Source of the DNA: an uncultured delta proteobacterium
GTDB taxonomy: Bacteria > Desulfobacterota > Syntrophia > Syntrophales > Smithellaceae
Length of the DNA stretch: 64,000 nt
Assembly (NCBI GenBank): GCA_903907985.1
Contig: CAIVQG010000055.1
Span: 2,725-66,724 of the forward strand
Direction: 5' to 3'
Position 1 is the stretch's first letter. Every line of letters starts with the position of its first letter. Shown piece by piece: positions 8,455 to 18,265 of this stretch. The notes under the pieces are model-generated. The model worked only from the letters and a program-made list of their open reading frames with translations, did no database searches and was not told the origin of the DNA. A program made the translations under genes and the position numbers.

Positions 8455-10599
8455 TCAGGATTTGCGCATTCTCTCGATTGTTTTGACTGCTTTCAATTGC
8501 TTAATCGCCAGCACTATTTGATTAAGTTGCTTTAAATTATTTACATCGATCACAAAATTACAGGTAGCGATCAGATCATTTGTTTCCACCTGCGCGTAAC
8601 TGATATTTACATCAAATGAGGAGATCATCGAACTGACTTCAGTTAAAATACCTTTGCGGTCATTGCAGACAACTTTGATACGAACAGGATAAGTTTGCTT
8701 CTCCCGAACATTCCAGTCGACATCGACAATCCTGTCCAGATCAAGATTTTTAAGATGCGCACAATTTCGAGTATGTACAGCCATGCCACGACCACGTGAT
8801 ATATAACCTGCGATATCATCTCCCGGGATAGGATTGCAACATCGGGCAAACTTGACCATTACATTGTCAATGCCGGTTAATGATATGCCCATCGATGGCT
8901 TTGATTCCGGCTTTTTCTTAATTTTTTCCAGTTCCGGCACCGGAATTTTAGCCAATTCTTCTAACAGAAAATGATTGACAATTTGTTTAGGGGAAATACG
9001 GCCATAACCGACCTGCGATATCAGATCATCCAGAGAATTTACGCCGTGTTCAACAAATATTTTTTTAATTTCTTCCGATTTAACGTAGGTGGTAAATTTT
9101 AAATTATGCCGTTTAAATTCTTTATCCAGTAAATCGCGCCCCAACTCCAGAGAGCTCTTCTTTTCCTCCAGGTTAATCCAATTTCTAATTTTGGAGATTG
9201 CTCTTGTCGTGACAACATATTTCAACCAATCCTTAGTGGGATGATGCCCGGCTTGCGTCGTAATCTCTACCCGGTCACCATTTTGCAGTTCATATTTTAG
9301 CGGAACAATGTTGCGGTTAACTTTAGCGCCAATGCACTTGTTTCCGACATCCGTATGAATGCTGTAAGCAAAATCGATTGGCGTTGCTCCCTTGGGAAAA
9401 GCTTTAACATCTCCTTTGGGTGTAAATACATATACTTCCTCCGGAAACAGTGCCAGCTTCAAATTAGACATAAACTCTTTGGGATCTTTTATCTCTTGCT
9501 GAATTTCCAGCATTTCGCGCAGTTTCTTTATTTGACTGTCTTCATCGTTCTTAAAGGTTCGACCTTCTTTATATTTCCAGTGAGCGGCAATACCCTTTTC
9601 CGCCCATTCCTGCATCGCTTTTGTCCGAATCTGGATTTCCAGCCTTTCTCCATATGGACCAACTACTGTAGTATGCAACGATTGATAATTATTGGCTTTG
9701 GGCATGGCAATATAATCTTTAAATCTGCCCGGAACAGGCTTCCATAAAGCATGAACGGCACTGAGCGCCTCATAACACATTTTTACATTGTCAGAATCCA
9801 GGATCAGACGAAAGGCCATGAGATCATATACTTCATCAAAATCGAGATGTTGTTGCAGCATTTTTTTATAAATACCGTATAAATGTTTCGCCCGCCCTTC
9901 TACCTCACCTTTAATGGAAAATTTTTCCAGTTCACGCCGGATAATACTTTTCACTTCTTCAGTATAAAGGTCGCGTGATTCCTTGGTCCTAACTACACGC
10001 CGGGATAATTCATTATATTCGTCCGGATGCAAATATTTAAAGGAAAGGTCTTCCAGTAATATTTTCATCCAGTTAATCCCCAGACGATTAGCCAGAGGAG
10101 CGTATATATCCATGGTTTCTTTAGCAATATATGCCCGTCTCTCCGTGGTCTGATACTGCAATGTCTGCATATTGTGAATACGGTCGGCGAGTCGAACCAG
10201 AAGAATACGGATATCCGTGGACATAGCTAATATCATTTTGCGGAAATTTTCGGCCAGCCTCTCTTCTTGAGAACCAAAAGAAATGCGGCTTAACTTTGTC
10301 AAGCCGCCGACCAGAAAGGCCACATCTTTACCGAATTCTTCTTCTATTTGTTCCTGGGTGGTTAATGTGTCTTCTATCGTATCGTGTAAAAGACCACTGA
10401 TAATAGTTGCCGCATCGAGCTTCATATCAACGAGAATGCCCGCAACTTCCATCGGGTGAGTAAGGTATGGTTCTCCGGAAAGTCTCACCTGCCCTTGATG
10501 TACCGTTGCCGAATAGATATAAGCCTTCTCGATCATTCCCAATTCTTCGGCTGGCAGGTAAGATTGAGCTTTGTCGAGAATATCAGTAATTCGTAGCAT
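8455..10599 (-). CDS. rel: bifunctional (p)ppGpp synthetase/hydrolase (RelA/SpoT homologue, HD domain intact)
   Basis: The HD region (HQGQVRLSGEPYLTHPMEVA...LHDTIEDT) is present. The synthetase region (YIAMPKANNYQSLHTTV) follows, then TGS and ACT-like C-terminal domains. Length is 714 aa. Confidence 0.9.
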   Translation of the reverse strand: MLRITDILDKAQSYLPAEELGMIEKAYIYSATVHQGQVRLSGEPYLTHPMEVAGILVDMKLDAATIISGLLHDTIEDTLTTQEQIEEEFGKDVAFLVGGLTKLSRISFGSQEERLAENFRKMILAMSTDIRILLVRLADRIHNMQTLQYQTTERRAYIAKETMDIYAPLANRLGINWMKILLEDLSFKYLHPDEYNELSRRVVRTKESRDLYTEEVKSIIRRELEKFSIKGEVEGRAKHLYGIYKKMLQQHLDFDEVYDLMAFRLILDSDNVKMCYEALSAVHALWKPVPGRFKDYIAMPKANNYQSLHTTVVGPYGERLEIQIRTKAMQEWAEKGIAAHWKYKEGRTFKNDEDSQIKKLREMLEIQQEIKDPKEFMSNLKLALFPEEVYVFTPKGDVKAFPKGATPIDFAYSIHTDVGNKCIGAKVNRNIVPLKYELQNGDRVEITTQAGHHPTKDWLKYVVTTRAISKIRNWINLEEKKSSLELGRDLLDKEFKRHNLKFTTYVKSEEIKKIFVEHGVNSLDDLISQVGYGRISPKQIVNHFLLEELAKIPVPELEKIKKKPESKPSMGISLTGIDNVMVKFARCCNPIPGDDIAGYISRGRGMAVHTRNCAHLKNLDLDRIVDVDWNVREKQTYPVRIKVVCNDRKGILTEVSSMISSFDVNISYAQVETNDLIATCNFVIDVNNLKQLNQIVLAIKQLKAVKTIERMRKS

Positions 10600-10616
10600 G
10601 AAAGTTCCCAGCTAAT

Positions 10617-12359
10617 CTAAACTTCCGGTGGCTGCTTTGCAGGCGGATTTAAACCTTCGGCAATATTTTTTTTGATTTCGGATACTATTTCCGCTAGAGA
10701 ATATATCGTTGTCTGGCCGGACTTTCTATTTTTCAACTCGACGTTTCCCGAAACCAGATTTTTCTGACCAATCGTGACCCTCAAAGGAATGCCGATCAGA
10801 TCGGCATCTTTAAATTTCACTCCTGCCCTTTCATCGCGGTCATCGAAAATAACTTCGATTCCCTCGGCAAGCAAGTCACGGTATATTTTTTCGGCGGCTT
10901 GAAAAACATCTTCCTCATTTACATTTACCGGAGTTACAATAACATGATAAGGGGCGAGCGGCATGGGCCAGACTATACCGTTGGCATCATTATTCTGTTC
11001 AATGCAGGCAGCCACGGTTCTTCCTATCCCAATTCCGTAGCAGCCCATAATCATTATTTTTTCCTGACCATCTTTATCCAGGTATGACGCTTTCAGTGCT
11101 TTGCTGTATTTTGTTCCCAGTTTAAAAACATGCCCGACTTCAATGCCCCGGACAAACTGAATACTCCCGCCGCAGCGCGGGCATTTGTCATTTTTTTCCG
11201 CAACGCGCAGATCGGCGAACGCTTCTACCTTGAAATCTCGTCCGATATTAACGTTCTTTAAATGATAATCTTCTTTATTGGCGCCGGTCACAAAATTAAC
11301 CATGTTCATTACTGAATAATCGGCAATAATCCTGGTTTTAATTTTTACTGCCCCGGCAAATCCCCGCGGAGCACCGGTGGCCTTCATAATCATTTCATCG
11401 TCGGCAAGTTCCAGTTCATTGGCCCCTAAATAATTTTTTACTTTAATTTCGTTGACTTCCTGATCACCGCGAATCAATATGGCGCAGTGCTGGCCATCGG
11501 CGTTAAAAATTAACGTTTTTACAATATCGCGGGGGCTTACTTTTAAAAAATCACTGACTTCTTCGATTGTACGCACATTGGGCGTCTGCACACTCTCCTG
11601 CGGCAGCCAATCCTTTTCTGTAATATTAACTTTTGGGGGTACGCTCACTTCAGCCTTTTCCAGATTGGCAGCATAAACACATTTGTCGCAAACGACCATG
11701 GCATCTTCGCCGGATTCGGCCATGACCATAAATTCATGCGAATATTTACCGCCGATGCTGCCGGAATCGGCTTCTACAGGCCGGAATTTTAAACCACAAC
11801 GTCTGAATATCTTGTTATAAGCGGCAAACATTTTTTCATAGCTAATTTCTGCCCCGGCCTCATCGGCATCAAAGCTGTAGGCATCTTTCATCCCGAACTC
11901 GCGGCAGCGCATCACCCCAAAACGGGGACGGACTTCATCCCGAAATTTGGTCTGAATCTGATAAAGATTACGGGGCAACTGGCGATATGTTTTAATATCA
12001 TTGCGAACAAGGTCAGTAATAACTTCTTCATGAGTGGGTCCAAGGCAATATTGCCGTTCATGACGATCACGAAAGCGGAGCAATTCTTTGCCGTAATACT
12101 CCCAGCGGCCTGATTCCTGCCAAAGCTCAGCCGGCTGAACCATCGGCATAAATACTTCCTGCGCCGAGGCTTTGTTCATTTCTTCACGAACAATTTGTTC
12201 AACTTTGCGAATAACACGATAACCAATTGGTAAATAAGAATATATGCCACTGGTTAATTTCCTGATCATGCCTGCCCGAATCATCAACTGGTGGCTTATG
12301 ACTTCGGCGTCCGAAGGAACTTCCCTTCCGGTGGGCAGAAACATCTCTGAATAACGCAT
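10617..12359 (-). CDS. proS: proline--tRNA ligase (bacterial type with insertion domain)
   Basis: It starts MRYSEMFLPTGREVPSDAEVISHQLMIRAGMIRKL and contains RDEVRPRFGVMRCREF. The C-terminal anticodon-binding domain is present. Length is 580 aa. Confidence 0.9.
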   Translation of the reverse strand: MRYSEMFLPTGREVPSDAEVISHQLMIRAGMIRKLTSGIYSYLPIGYRVIRKVEQIVREEMNKASAQEVFMPMVQPAELWQESGRWEYYGKELLRFRDRHERQYCLGPTHEEVITDLVRNDIKTYRQLPRNLYQIQTKFRDEVRPRFGVMRCREFGMKDAYSFDADEAGAEISYEKMFAAYNKIFRRCGLKFRPVEADSGSIGGKYSHEFMVMAESGEDAMVVCDKCVYAANLEKAEVSVPPKVNITEKDWLPQESVQTPNVRTIEEVSDFLKVSPRDIVKTLIFNADGQHCAILIRGDQEVNEIKVKNYLGANELELADDEMIMKATGAPRGFAGAVKIKTRIIADYSVMNMVNFVTGANKEDYHLKNVNIGRDFKVEAFADLRVAEKNDKCPRCGGSIQFVRGIEVGHVFKLGTKYSKALKASYLDKDGQEKIMIMGCYGIGIGRTVAACIEQNNDANGIVWPMPLAPYHVIVTPVNVNEEDVFQAAEKIYRDLLAEGIEVIFDDRDERAGVKFKDADLIGIPLRVTIGQKNLVSGNVELKNRKSGQTTIYSLAEIVSEIKKNIAEGLNPPAKQPPEV

Positions 12360-12416
12360 TGAACCCCCTTCTATTCATGATGGACTCATAAAAAGTCGTA
12401 AAATTAACAATTTTCA

Positions 12417-12543
12417 GACGACCTCGTATAAAGGCCGCAGGCAAGGCGCGCGAATATCGAGGAATGAGGCGTACTTAGCGGTACGCCGCAGTGACGCGGC
12501 GATGAAGCGCAACACAGCATCCGGCGTTTATACGAGATCGTCA
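12417..12543. repeat. copy A of a 125-bp palindromic (TIR-bearing) intergenic element; its end includes the ispG stop codon
   Basis: The terminal arms gacgacctcgtataaaggccg and cggcgtttatacgagatcgtc are near-perfect inverted repeats. There is an internal hairpin ggcgtac-N6-gtacgcc. By eye the core is about 85-90% identical to the second copy at 42472-42596. Confidence 0.7.
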
Positions 12544-13614
12544 TTCATTGTCCAACGATTCTATCTCTTCGAGTAAAACCGGTACAAAATCTTTTTCCGC
12601 TACCCTTTTATAGGCAACTCCCTTTTTAAACATCATACCAAAACCAGTGCCTCCCGCGATGCCTATGTCGGCATCTGCAGCCTCCCCCGGTCCATTAACG
12701 ACACAACCCATCAGCGCCACTTTTACATATTTTTTTCTACCGGCCAGAGCTTTTTCAATTTTTTCCGTCAATCCTAAAAGATCGATTTGGCAGCGGCCGC
12801 AAGTGGGACAGGAAACTATTTCAGGGCCAACTCTTCTTATTTTTAAAGAACGTAAAATTCCATAAGCAATCGGAATTTCCAGAAGAGGATTGCCGGTTAC
12901 AGAAACTCTAATTGTGTCACCGATTCCCTGATAGAGTAACGTTCCGATACCCAGCGATGATTTTATCGCGGCATCAACCAGAGTTCCCGCTTCCGTCACT
13001 CCCAGATGCAACGGATAATCAGTTTTCTCGGCAATGGACCGATAGGCTTCGATCATAATCGGCACGTCGGATGATTTCAGGGACAACTTTAAGTTACCGA
13101 AACCTTCCTCTTCAAAAAGCTCAATATTTTTCAATGCGCTGGCGACCAGAGCTTCTGCCGTAACACCGCCGTATTCCAGCACTAAATCTTTTTGCAATGA
13201 TCCTGCATTAACCCCAAGCCTGATTACAACTTCCCGTTCTTTCGCTACTTTGATTATCTCCCGGATTTTGTCCCTGGCAATATTGCCTGGATTAATGCGA
13301 ATGCCGTCAACTCCCTGCTTCATCGCATCAATTGCCAACTGATAATGGAAGTGAATATCGGCTATCAGGGGAATTCTGATTCTTTTCTTAATTTCGGCAA
13401 TTGCATCAACCGCTTCCTGATCAGGTACGGCGATGCGGATAATTTCGCAACCTGCGTCTACCAGTTCTTCAATCTGAGCAACTGTAGCCTTTACATCGGA
13501 AGTATTCGTGTTGGTCATAGATTGCACTGTTATCAGTGCATCTCCCCCGATAGGTACGCCGCCTAAATTGATCGTTCTTGTTTTCTTTCTTTTTATTCCA
13601 GACAAATCTTCCAT
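12541..13614 (-). CDS. ispG: 4-hydroxy-3-methylbut-2-en-1-yl diphosphate synthase (flavodoxin)
   Basis: Motifs PITVQSMTNT, ADIHF and SCPTCGRC, plus the GCVVNGPGE Fe-S ligand region, are present. Confidence 0.9.
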   Translation of the reverse strand: MEDLSGIKRKKTRTINLGGVPIGGDALITVQSMTNTNTSDVKATVAQIEELVDAGCEIIRIAVPDQEAVDAIAEIKKRIRIPLIADIHFHYQLAIDAMKQGVDGIRINPGNIARDKIREIIKVAKEREVVIRLGVNAGSLQKDLVLEYGGVTAEALVASALKNIELFEEEGFGNLKLSLKSSDVPIMIEAYRSIAEKTDYPLHLGVTEAGTLVDAAIKSSLGIGTLLYQGIGDTIRVSVTGNPLLEIPIAYGILRSLKIRRVGPEIVSCPTCGRCQIDLLGLTEKIEKALAGRKKYVKVALMGCVVNGPGEAADADIGIAGGTGFGMMFKKGVAYKRVAEKDFVPVLLEEIESLDNE

Positions 13615-13722
13615 AGCCCCCGGCTTTCACTAATGTAGTTTTAAAAATTTATAACACGGCGCTGATTCTCTGGCAACGAATAATTGTAGATAAAAAAAGT
13701 AGTGATATGAAAATTATGATTT

Positions 13723-15129
13723 CTACTTGCCCTGCCAGCAATGCAGGCAGAGTTGATCTGCCGGAAGACCAATCGCTGCGATCATATCTTCAATTTCCAG
13801 ATACTTCAGGGAAGTGACATTGAGATCGTGCCGAATCCAGTCAATCATTTTGGCGTGTTTCGTTCCCGACCGGTCAAGATACTCTTCCGGATTTTCCAGC
13901 TCTTTTCCTTCCAGAGTTCTAATTGCTTTGCGGCAGGCCAGTTCTGCTGACGATCGCGTAGAAGATGCGTATATGCAGGGAAACATCAAAGGCGGACAGG
14001 CAGGACGAATGTGTATTTCCTTCGCCCCGTTATCCCACAATTTCTTTATTGTAAAATTTTTCAGCTGTGTGCCCCGGACAATGGAATCATCACAGATGAT
14101 CATACGACTTCCATTAATAACGTCATGAACTGCACTCAGTTTCATTGTGGCGACCAAATCCCTTATATCCTGCGATGGTGGCGTGTAGCTGCGTCCATAA
14201 CCCGGAGTATATTTAACGAGAGGCCGACGAAAAGGTATGCCCGATTCCATCGCATAGCCAATAGCATGACCGACTCCGGAATCGGGTATGCCGGCCACAA
14301 AATCCGCTTCCACATTGTTATCGCGCTTGGCTAAATAGCTCCCGCAGCGTTCCCTTGTCCGCTCTACACCAATGCCATCATAGGTTGAAGACGGGTAACC
14401 GGTATATATCCATAAAAATGAGCATATTTTCTTTTCGCTCCCTTCTGGTTTCATCTGCCTGATCCCTTCCGGAGAAATTAATGAAATCTCACCGGGACCC
14501 AGAAACTTAACCGCTTCATAACCCAGATTTTCGAAAGAACTGGCTTCCGTGGCTACAACATATGATTTTTCATTGCGGTCTTTCTTTTTACCGATGGACA
14601 GAGGAAAACGCCCAAACTTATCCCGCGCTGCATAAATGCCATCCCGGGTCAAGACCAATGCACAGATTGATCCTTCAATAGCGCCACGCATGGAGGCAAT
14701 TCCTTCCACAATGTTGTCCCCGCGGTTAATCAGTCGGGCAACAATTTCTACATTGTTGATGCCGCCGCCGGCCATTTCACTAAATGATACACCTTCGTTA
14801 AGAAGTTCGCTGATTAATTTTTCTTTATTGGTAATGAGACCGGTAGCCACAACAGCATAAGCACCAAATTTAGAACGGATAATCAAAGGCTGAGGAGATT
14901 CATCATCGATTGCCCCGATTCCGAAGCAACCTTCCATTTTCCGGTAGTCGTCAATAAACCTCGATTTGAATTGCGCCTGAGAAATGCTATGTATTGCATT
15001 GTGGAATCCTTTAGCTCCCAACACTGCCATACCGCCATTTTCCGTACCCAGATGGGAATGATAATCAGTTCCGTAAAACAGTGTTTGGACACAATTTTCC
15101 TGTGATACTACTCCGAAAATACCTCCCAT
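13723..15129 (-). CDS. amidophosphoribosyltransferase-like protein (class-II GATase-like domain without the Cys nucleophile, plus an intact PRTase domain)
   Basis: The N-terminus is MGGIFGVV, where PurF has (M)CGI/VxG. The PRPP loop ICDDSIVRGTQ is present. An AGGAAGGA SD precedes ATG 15129. Confidence 0.75.
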   Translation of the reverse strand: MGGIFGVVSQENCVQTLFYGTDYHSHLGTENGGMAVLGAKGFHNAIHSISQAQFKSRFIDDYRKMEGCFGIGAIDDESPQPLIIRSKFGAYAVVATGLITNKEKLISELLNEGVSFSEMAGGGINNVEIVARLINRGDNIVEGIASMRGAIEGSICALVLTRDGIYAARDKFGRFPLSIGKKKDRNEKSYVVATEASSFENLGYEAVKFLGPGEISLISPEGIRQMKPEGSEKKICSFLWIYTGYPSSTYDGIGVERTRERCGSYLAKRDNNVEADFVAGIPDSGVGHAIGYAMESGIPFRRPLVKYTPGYGRSYTPPSQDIRDLVATMKLSAVHDVINGSRMIICDDSIVRGTQLKNFTIKKLWDNGAKEIHIRPACPPLMFPCIYASSTRSSAELACRKAIRTLEGKELENPEEYLDRSGTKHAKMIDWIRHDLNVTSLKYLEIEDMIAAIGLPADQLCLHCWQGK

Positions 15130-15141
15130 TTGTTTTCCTTC

Positions 15142-16338
15142 CTATAAAGACAATTTAGCGATCGCGTTCTTTATTCTCTTCAAACCTTCTTCAATATTTA
15201 TTAAAGACGTTGCATAAGACAAACGGATATGACTGTCACTGCCGAAAGCAGCACCGGGGACAGTGGCAACATTGGCTTCATCCAAAAGATAATCAATTAA
15301 TTGAGTAGAATCAGTTATCTTTTTACCCTGGAAGGAACGGCCATATATTGCAGAAACATTAGGGAAAACATAAAATGCACCTTCCGGCGATAGACATTTT
15401 ATGCCATCAATTTCATTGAGCAATTGCACGATAACATCTCTTCTTTTTCTAAATTCGACAACCATTTGACCGACCACATCCTGATACCCGTTGAGTGCTT
15501 CTACAGCAGCTTTCTGCGAAATAGAAGCCGGATTGGATGTGTTTTGACTTTGAATTTTATTAATAGCAGCAATTATCTGTTCCGGGCCTGCTGCATAACC
15601 AATGCGCCAGCCGGTCATGGCATACGCTTTGGAAACACCGTTAACAACAATCGTCCGATCTTTCAATCTTGGTTCTACCGATGCAATATTGGCAAAAGGG
15701 AAATCTGCATAAATTATTTTTTCATAAATATCGTCGGAAATAACAAGGATTTCTGTATCCAGAAGAACCGCCGCCAGAGCTTTAAGCTCGGAGGGCGAAT
15801 AGGCAGCACCAGTCGGATTGGAAGGACTATTGATCACAACAGCCCGCGTACACCCTGTTATTGCAGCTTTCAGCTGTTCCGGCTTCATTTTAAAACCATC
15901 TTTTTCCTGCGTTTCGACAATCACCGGCTTACCGCCCGCTAGAACGACAATATCGGGATAAGAAACCCAGTAAGGTGCGGGGATAATGACTTCATCGCCT
16001 TCTTCAAAAAGTGCCTGCGCCAGATTGTATAAGGTATGTTTAGCCCCGCAGGAAACCACAACCTGCGAACGTTTATATTCCAGCGCATTATCACGCCTTA
16101 ACTTGCCGATAACGGCATCCTTTAATTCATCCGTGCCACCTACAGGAGTGTATTTTGTAAAGCCGGCTTCAATGGCTTTGATCGCCGCAGTTTTAATATT
16201 TGCCGGTGTATCAAAATCCGGCTCGCCGGCGCCAAAGCCAATCACATCCCTGCCTTCTGCTTTCAAGGCATTGGCTTTTGCCGTAATAGCCAAAGTTTCT
16301 GATGGTTTTATTTGCGCTACTCTGGTTGCTAATTTCAC
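15142..16338 (-). CDS. aspartate aminotransferase (class I PLP aminotransferase)
   Basis: Motifs GAGEPDFDTP and NSPSNPTG are present, along with the PLP-Lys motif GVSKAYAMTGWRIGY. Confidence 0.85.
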   Translation of the reverse strand: MKLATRVAQIKPSETLAITAKANALKAEGRDVIGFGAGEPDFDTPANIKTAAIKAIEAGFTKYTPVGGTDELKDAVIGKLRRDNALEYKRSQVVVSCGAKHTLYNLAQALFEEGDEVIIPAPYWVSYPDIVVLAGGKPVIVETQEKDGFKMKPEQLKAAITGCTRAVVINSPSNPTGAAYSPSELKALAAVLLDTEILVISDDIYEKIIYADFPFANIASVEPRLKDRTIVVNGVSKAYAMTGWRIGYAAGPEQIIAAINKIQSQNTSNPASISQKAAVEALNGYQDVVGQMVVEFRKRRDVIVQLLNEIDGIKCLSPEGAFYVFPNVSAIYGRSFQGKKITDSTQLIDYLLDEANVATVPGAAFGSDSHIRLSYATSLINIEEGLKRIKNAIAKLSL

Positions 16339-16341
16339 AAA

Positions 16342-16851
16342 CTACTTCCTCCCATTATTAAATTTTGCCAGAAGTTTTTTATGGACTTTATCCGGCAACA
16401 AACCTTTTACCGAGCCACCGATGCTGGCGACCTGTTTGATAATCTGGGAACCTGTATAGAACCACTTGAAACCACTCATGAGAAACACTGTCTCGACTTC
16501 TCGGGACTGTCTGCGGTTCATCAGGGTCATCTGGAATTCATACTCGAAATCGGAAAGAGCACGCATCCCTCTCATAATTACATTGACACCTTCTTTTTTA
16601 AGATAATCAACCAGCAACCCGGAATAACTGTCGACCCGAACACCTTCAATGTCTTTAACTTCTTCCCTGATCATTGCCACTCGTTCTTCCACTGTAAACA
16701 AAGAAGACTTGCTGGAATTGTAGGCTACAAGTATGATAATTTCATCAAATATGCGAATTCCCCTTTTGATAATATCCACATGGCCATTCGTGATGGGATC
16801 AAAGGAACCGGGATAAACTGCAGTTTTAGTAGCAAACTTGTCTTGTGTCAT
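16342..16851 (-). CDS. coaD: phosphopantetheine adenylyltransferase
   Basis: Motifs AVYPGSFDPITNGHVDII and RGMRALSDFEYE are present. Confidence 0.9.
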   Translation of the reverse strand: MTQDKFATKTAVYPGSFDPITNGHVDIIKRGIRIFDEIIILVAYNSSKSSLFTVEERVAMIREEVKDIEGVRVDSYSGLLVDYLKKEGVNVIMRGMRALSDFEYEFQMTLMNRRQSREVETVFLMSGFKWFYTGSQIIKQVASIGGSVKGLLPDKVHKKLLAKFNNGRK

Positions 16852-17405
16852 GGTCGCTCCATTTGTAGAAAGGTCAGGGCGTTGTCGCCGTATTTTCTCT
16901 GATCTTTGATAATAATTTTTGCATCCAAAAGAGCCTCTATATCTTCTCTTGTCGAATGCTGGATCACAACTAGCGCTTCTTTCGTGAAAACCGGATTTTC
17001 ATTTAATAATTTTAATGTAATTCCCACTAAGCCCCGGTTATAGGGGGGATCAGCAAAAACAAAATCAAACTCATATTCATTTTTCAACAGATCGCTCAGT
17101 CCGGCACTGATATCCCTGGCGACAATCCGGCAACTTTTATCAAGATTGCAAGCCATAATATTTTCTTGGGCAACAGCAGCAATTTTCTTATCTTTTTCAA
17201 TAAAAATGATTTCTTTTGCCCCCCGACTGGCGGCCTCTATTCCCACACTCCCCGAACCGGCAAAAAGATCGAGAAACGTTTTTTCCTCAAGGGGACCAAG
17301 TATATTAAAAAGAGCTTCACGCAGAAAATCGGAAGTCGGCCTTTCTTTTGATGAGGGAGGAAACTGCAATTTCCTGCCCTTGGCTTTACCTCCGATAATG
17401 CGCAT
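16848..17405 (-). CDS. rsmD: 16S rRNA (guanine966-N2)-methyltransferase
   Basis: Motifs MRIIGGKAKGRKL..PTSD..REALFNIL, DLFAGSGSVGIEA and FADPPY are present. There is a 4-nt overlap with coaD. Confidence 0.85.
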   Translation of the reverse strand: MRIIGGKAKGRKLQFPPSSKERPTSDFLREALFNILGPLEEKTFLDLFAGSGSVGIEAASRGAKEIIFIEKDKKIAAVAQENIMACNLDKSCRIVARDISAGLSDLLKNEYEFDFVFADPPYNRGLVGITLKLLNENPVFTKEALVVIQHSTREDIEALLDAKIIIKDQRKYGDNALTFLQMERP

Positions 17406-17457
17406 AATCTTTACACAATATTTTCACAGACCGATAATTTATCTCTATCTAAATCAA

Positions 17458-18231
17458 CTATCCCTGTCTATTTCTTTTCTTTTCCCGGGACTTTTGCGCC
17501 AGCTGCCTGCTGAATTTAGTCGCCCACCAAAGCGGTCCGGAGATCGCATAGCCCAATGCCGCCACAAAAATCATAATTTCGGTAAACGCCACAAAAACAA
17601 TTAAAATAATAACCAATAATAAAAAAGACATGAAGGGTTTACGGGCAAAAATATTCATGTCCTTACCGCTGTAATACTTTACATTACTGACCATCAATAA
17701 AGAAAGAACAATAACAAAGAAGAGTAGGTAAGGATTATGAAATTGCCCCTCCACTCCTGCATAGTCAAAAAAAAGCACCGTTGTGGCAACAACTGCTGCC
17801 GCCGCCGGAATAGGTAAACCATTAAATACTTTGCTTTCAATAAGGCCAATCTGGATGTTATAACGCGCCAGTCTTAATGCACCGCAAACGACAAACAAAA
17901 ATGCTGCAATCCATCCCCACTTACCGTAAAAAAACATTGTCCAATTATATGCCAGGAGAGAGGGAGCTACACCAAAGGCCACCAAATCGGACAAGGAATC
18001 ATATTCCGCGCCAAATTTACTTGTAGTGTTGGTCATACGGGCAATTCGTCCATCAAGGGCGTCCAGAACCGAAGCAGCCAAAACAGTAATTGCAGCAATT
18101 ATAAACTTTTCCTGGATAGAAGCGATAATCGAATAAAAACCGCAAAAAAGGCTGCCCGTGGTTATGAGATTAGGTAAAATATAAATGCCTTTTTTTATAC
18201 GGATTTTTTTAAGTGATGTTTCTTTATTCAT
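17458..18231 (-). CDS. pssA: CDP-diacylglycerol--serine O-phosphatidyltransferase
   Basis: The CDP-alcohol transferase motif DALDGRIARMTNTTSKFGAEYDSLSDLVAFG is present, and the protein is multi-TM. Confidence 0.85.
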   Translation of the reverse strand: MNKETSLKKIRIKKGIYILPNLITTGSLFCGFYSIIASIQEKFIIAAITVLAASVLDALDGRIARMTNTTSKFGAEYDSLSDLVAFGVAPSLLAYNWTMFFYGKWGWIAAFLFVVCGALRLARYNIQIGLIESKVFNGLPIPAAAAVVATTVLFFDYAGVEGQFHNPYLLFFVIVLSLLMVSNVKYYSGKDMNIFARKPFMSFLLLVIILIVFVAFTEIMIFVAALGYAISGPLWWATKFSRQLAQKSREKKRNRQG

Positions 18232-18265
18232 GTATAGTCTCTTGAAAAAGTCATTTATTATATTA

